DNA of 64,000 bases. Source: Felis catus. Its lineage: Eukaryota. How positions within the stretch are numbered: position 1 is the first letter of the stretch; each line of letters opens with the position of its first letter. Of this stretch, positions 63,151 to 64,000 are shown in pieces. The stretch is taken from positions 62,746,001 through 62,810,000 of the forward strand of contig NC_058368.1 of assembly GCF_018350175.1 (NCBI RefSeq). Direction: 5' to 3'. A program made the position numbers and the translations under genes. Below the pieces are notes generated by a model. The model was not told where the DNA came from. It saw only the letters and a program-made list of their open reading frames with translations, and did no database searches.

Positions 63151-63766
63151 TCTTATCCAATATGTGACATCATGAAGAGGGAACAGGGGAGGAGTTGGAA
63201 TGCAGGAGGAAAAATCCTAACTTTCCATTCATTGTGATTGTCCTCACAACTTAGAATTTACACTTTCTCTAAAACCTATTTTCTATCAACTAGTCTTCTC
63301 TTACTCAGTTAAATTCTATACAGAGGATATAAACAGATACTTAGTGACCTCTAGGCCCCATATCAAAATAAAAATGCTAAAAAAATTATTCTCAGTTAAA
63401 ATTAGTTAATGGATCTGTTTCCTATAAATATGAAGTTATTTTACTAGCACAACATCATATATCATGAATTTTAATGGCAGGAAATGCACTGAGGTGGTCT
63501 GGTCTGTATGTTTCCCCAGTTGGACATGAGCCCTCTCCCTCATCAAGGAGGGTGTTTCTCCTTTAATGATTTCACCAAATTTTCCACACATTTATACAAA
63601 ACGAATATGCTAGATTCTTGCGAAATTTCTGGCCACAGACTGTAATGCTTATTATTTCCATTCTGCACAGGGAACCAGGGTGAAATAGAGAGAGTGACAA
63701 AAGCTGCAGAACTATAACCAACTAGAATCAATGGAGTGGAATGGAAGCATAGACTAAATGACCATT

Positions 63767-63771
<5 letters not shown>

Positions 63772-63811
<40 letters not shown>
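63772..63811. repeat. (TG)20 microsatellite
   Basis: Perfect dinucleotide run. Confidence 0.98.
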
Positions 63812-63815
<4 letters not shown>

Positions 63816-64000
63816 AAAGCAAATGAAGTCTTTGTATTATGTACACTTGCTGCTAAGTGCCTAAGGAACAATACTCAAACTTATGTCTCAGGGACACTAA
63901 ACCATGGAAATTCATTCTTTAATAAATGACAGCATTCCCACTTTACTCCACCCCTGTCTTAGTTACTATGAATAAACTAAAAAAAAAAATGGGTACTGTT

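Noticed and set aside
1..64000. CRISPR arrays, operons, tRNA/rRNA genes, numts
   Set aside because: None seen. The DNA is eukaryotic, and tRNA-like A/B boxes occur only as SINE heads.

Overview
AT-rich mammalian genomic DNA. The roughly 25 tRNA-derived carnivore SINEs (Can-SINE/SINEC) include young felid-type copies with intact target-site duplications (TSDs), which points to a cat-family genome. I find no supportable protein-coding gene. The supplied ORFs translate SINEs, L1/LTR remnants, microsatellites or AT-rich filler. The window is mostly layered repeats: old L1M fragments (one ~3.4 kb decayed ORF2), ERVL-MaLR/ERVL solo LTRs, MER DNA-transposon remnants, MIR/L2 and several long STRs. 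The one clearly anomalous locus is a ~470 bp non-repeat CpG island at ~55.63-56.12 kb. It holds perfect 20, 16, 14 and 10 bp palindromes plus further hairpins, splice-donor motifs on both strands, MYB-type motifs and an adjacent AATAAA, and is ringed by six SINEs. My best reading is an orphan, possibly germline or bidirectional, non-coding promoter or structured element; this is inference. Repeat subfamily names come from recalled consensus features and boundaries are approximate. No database search was run.
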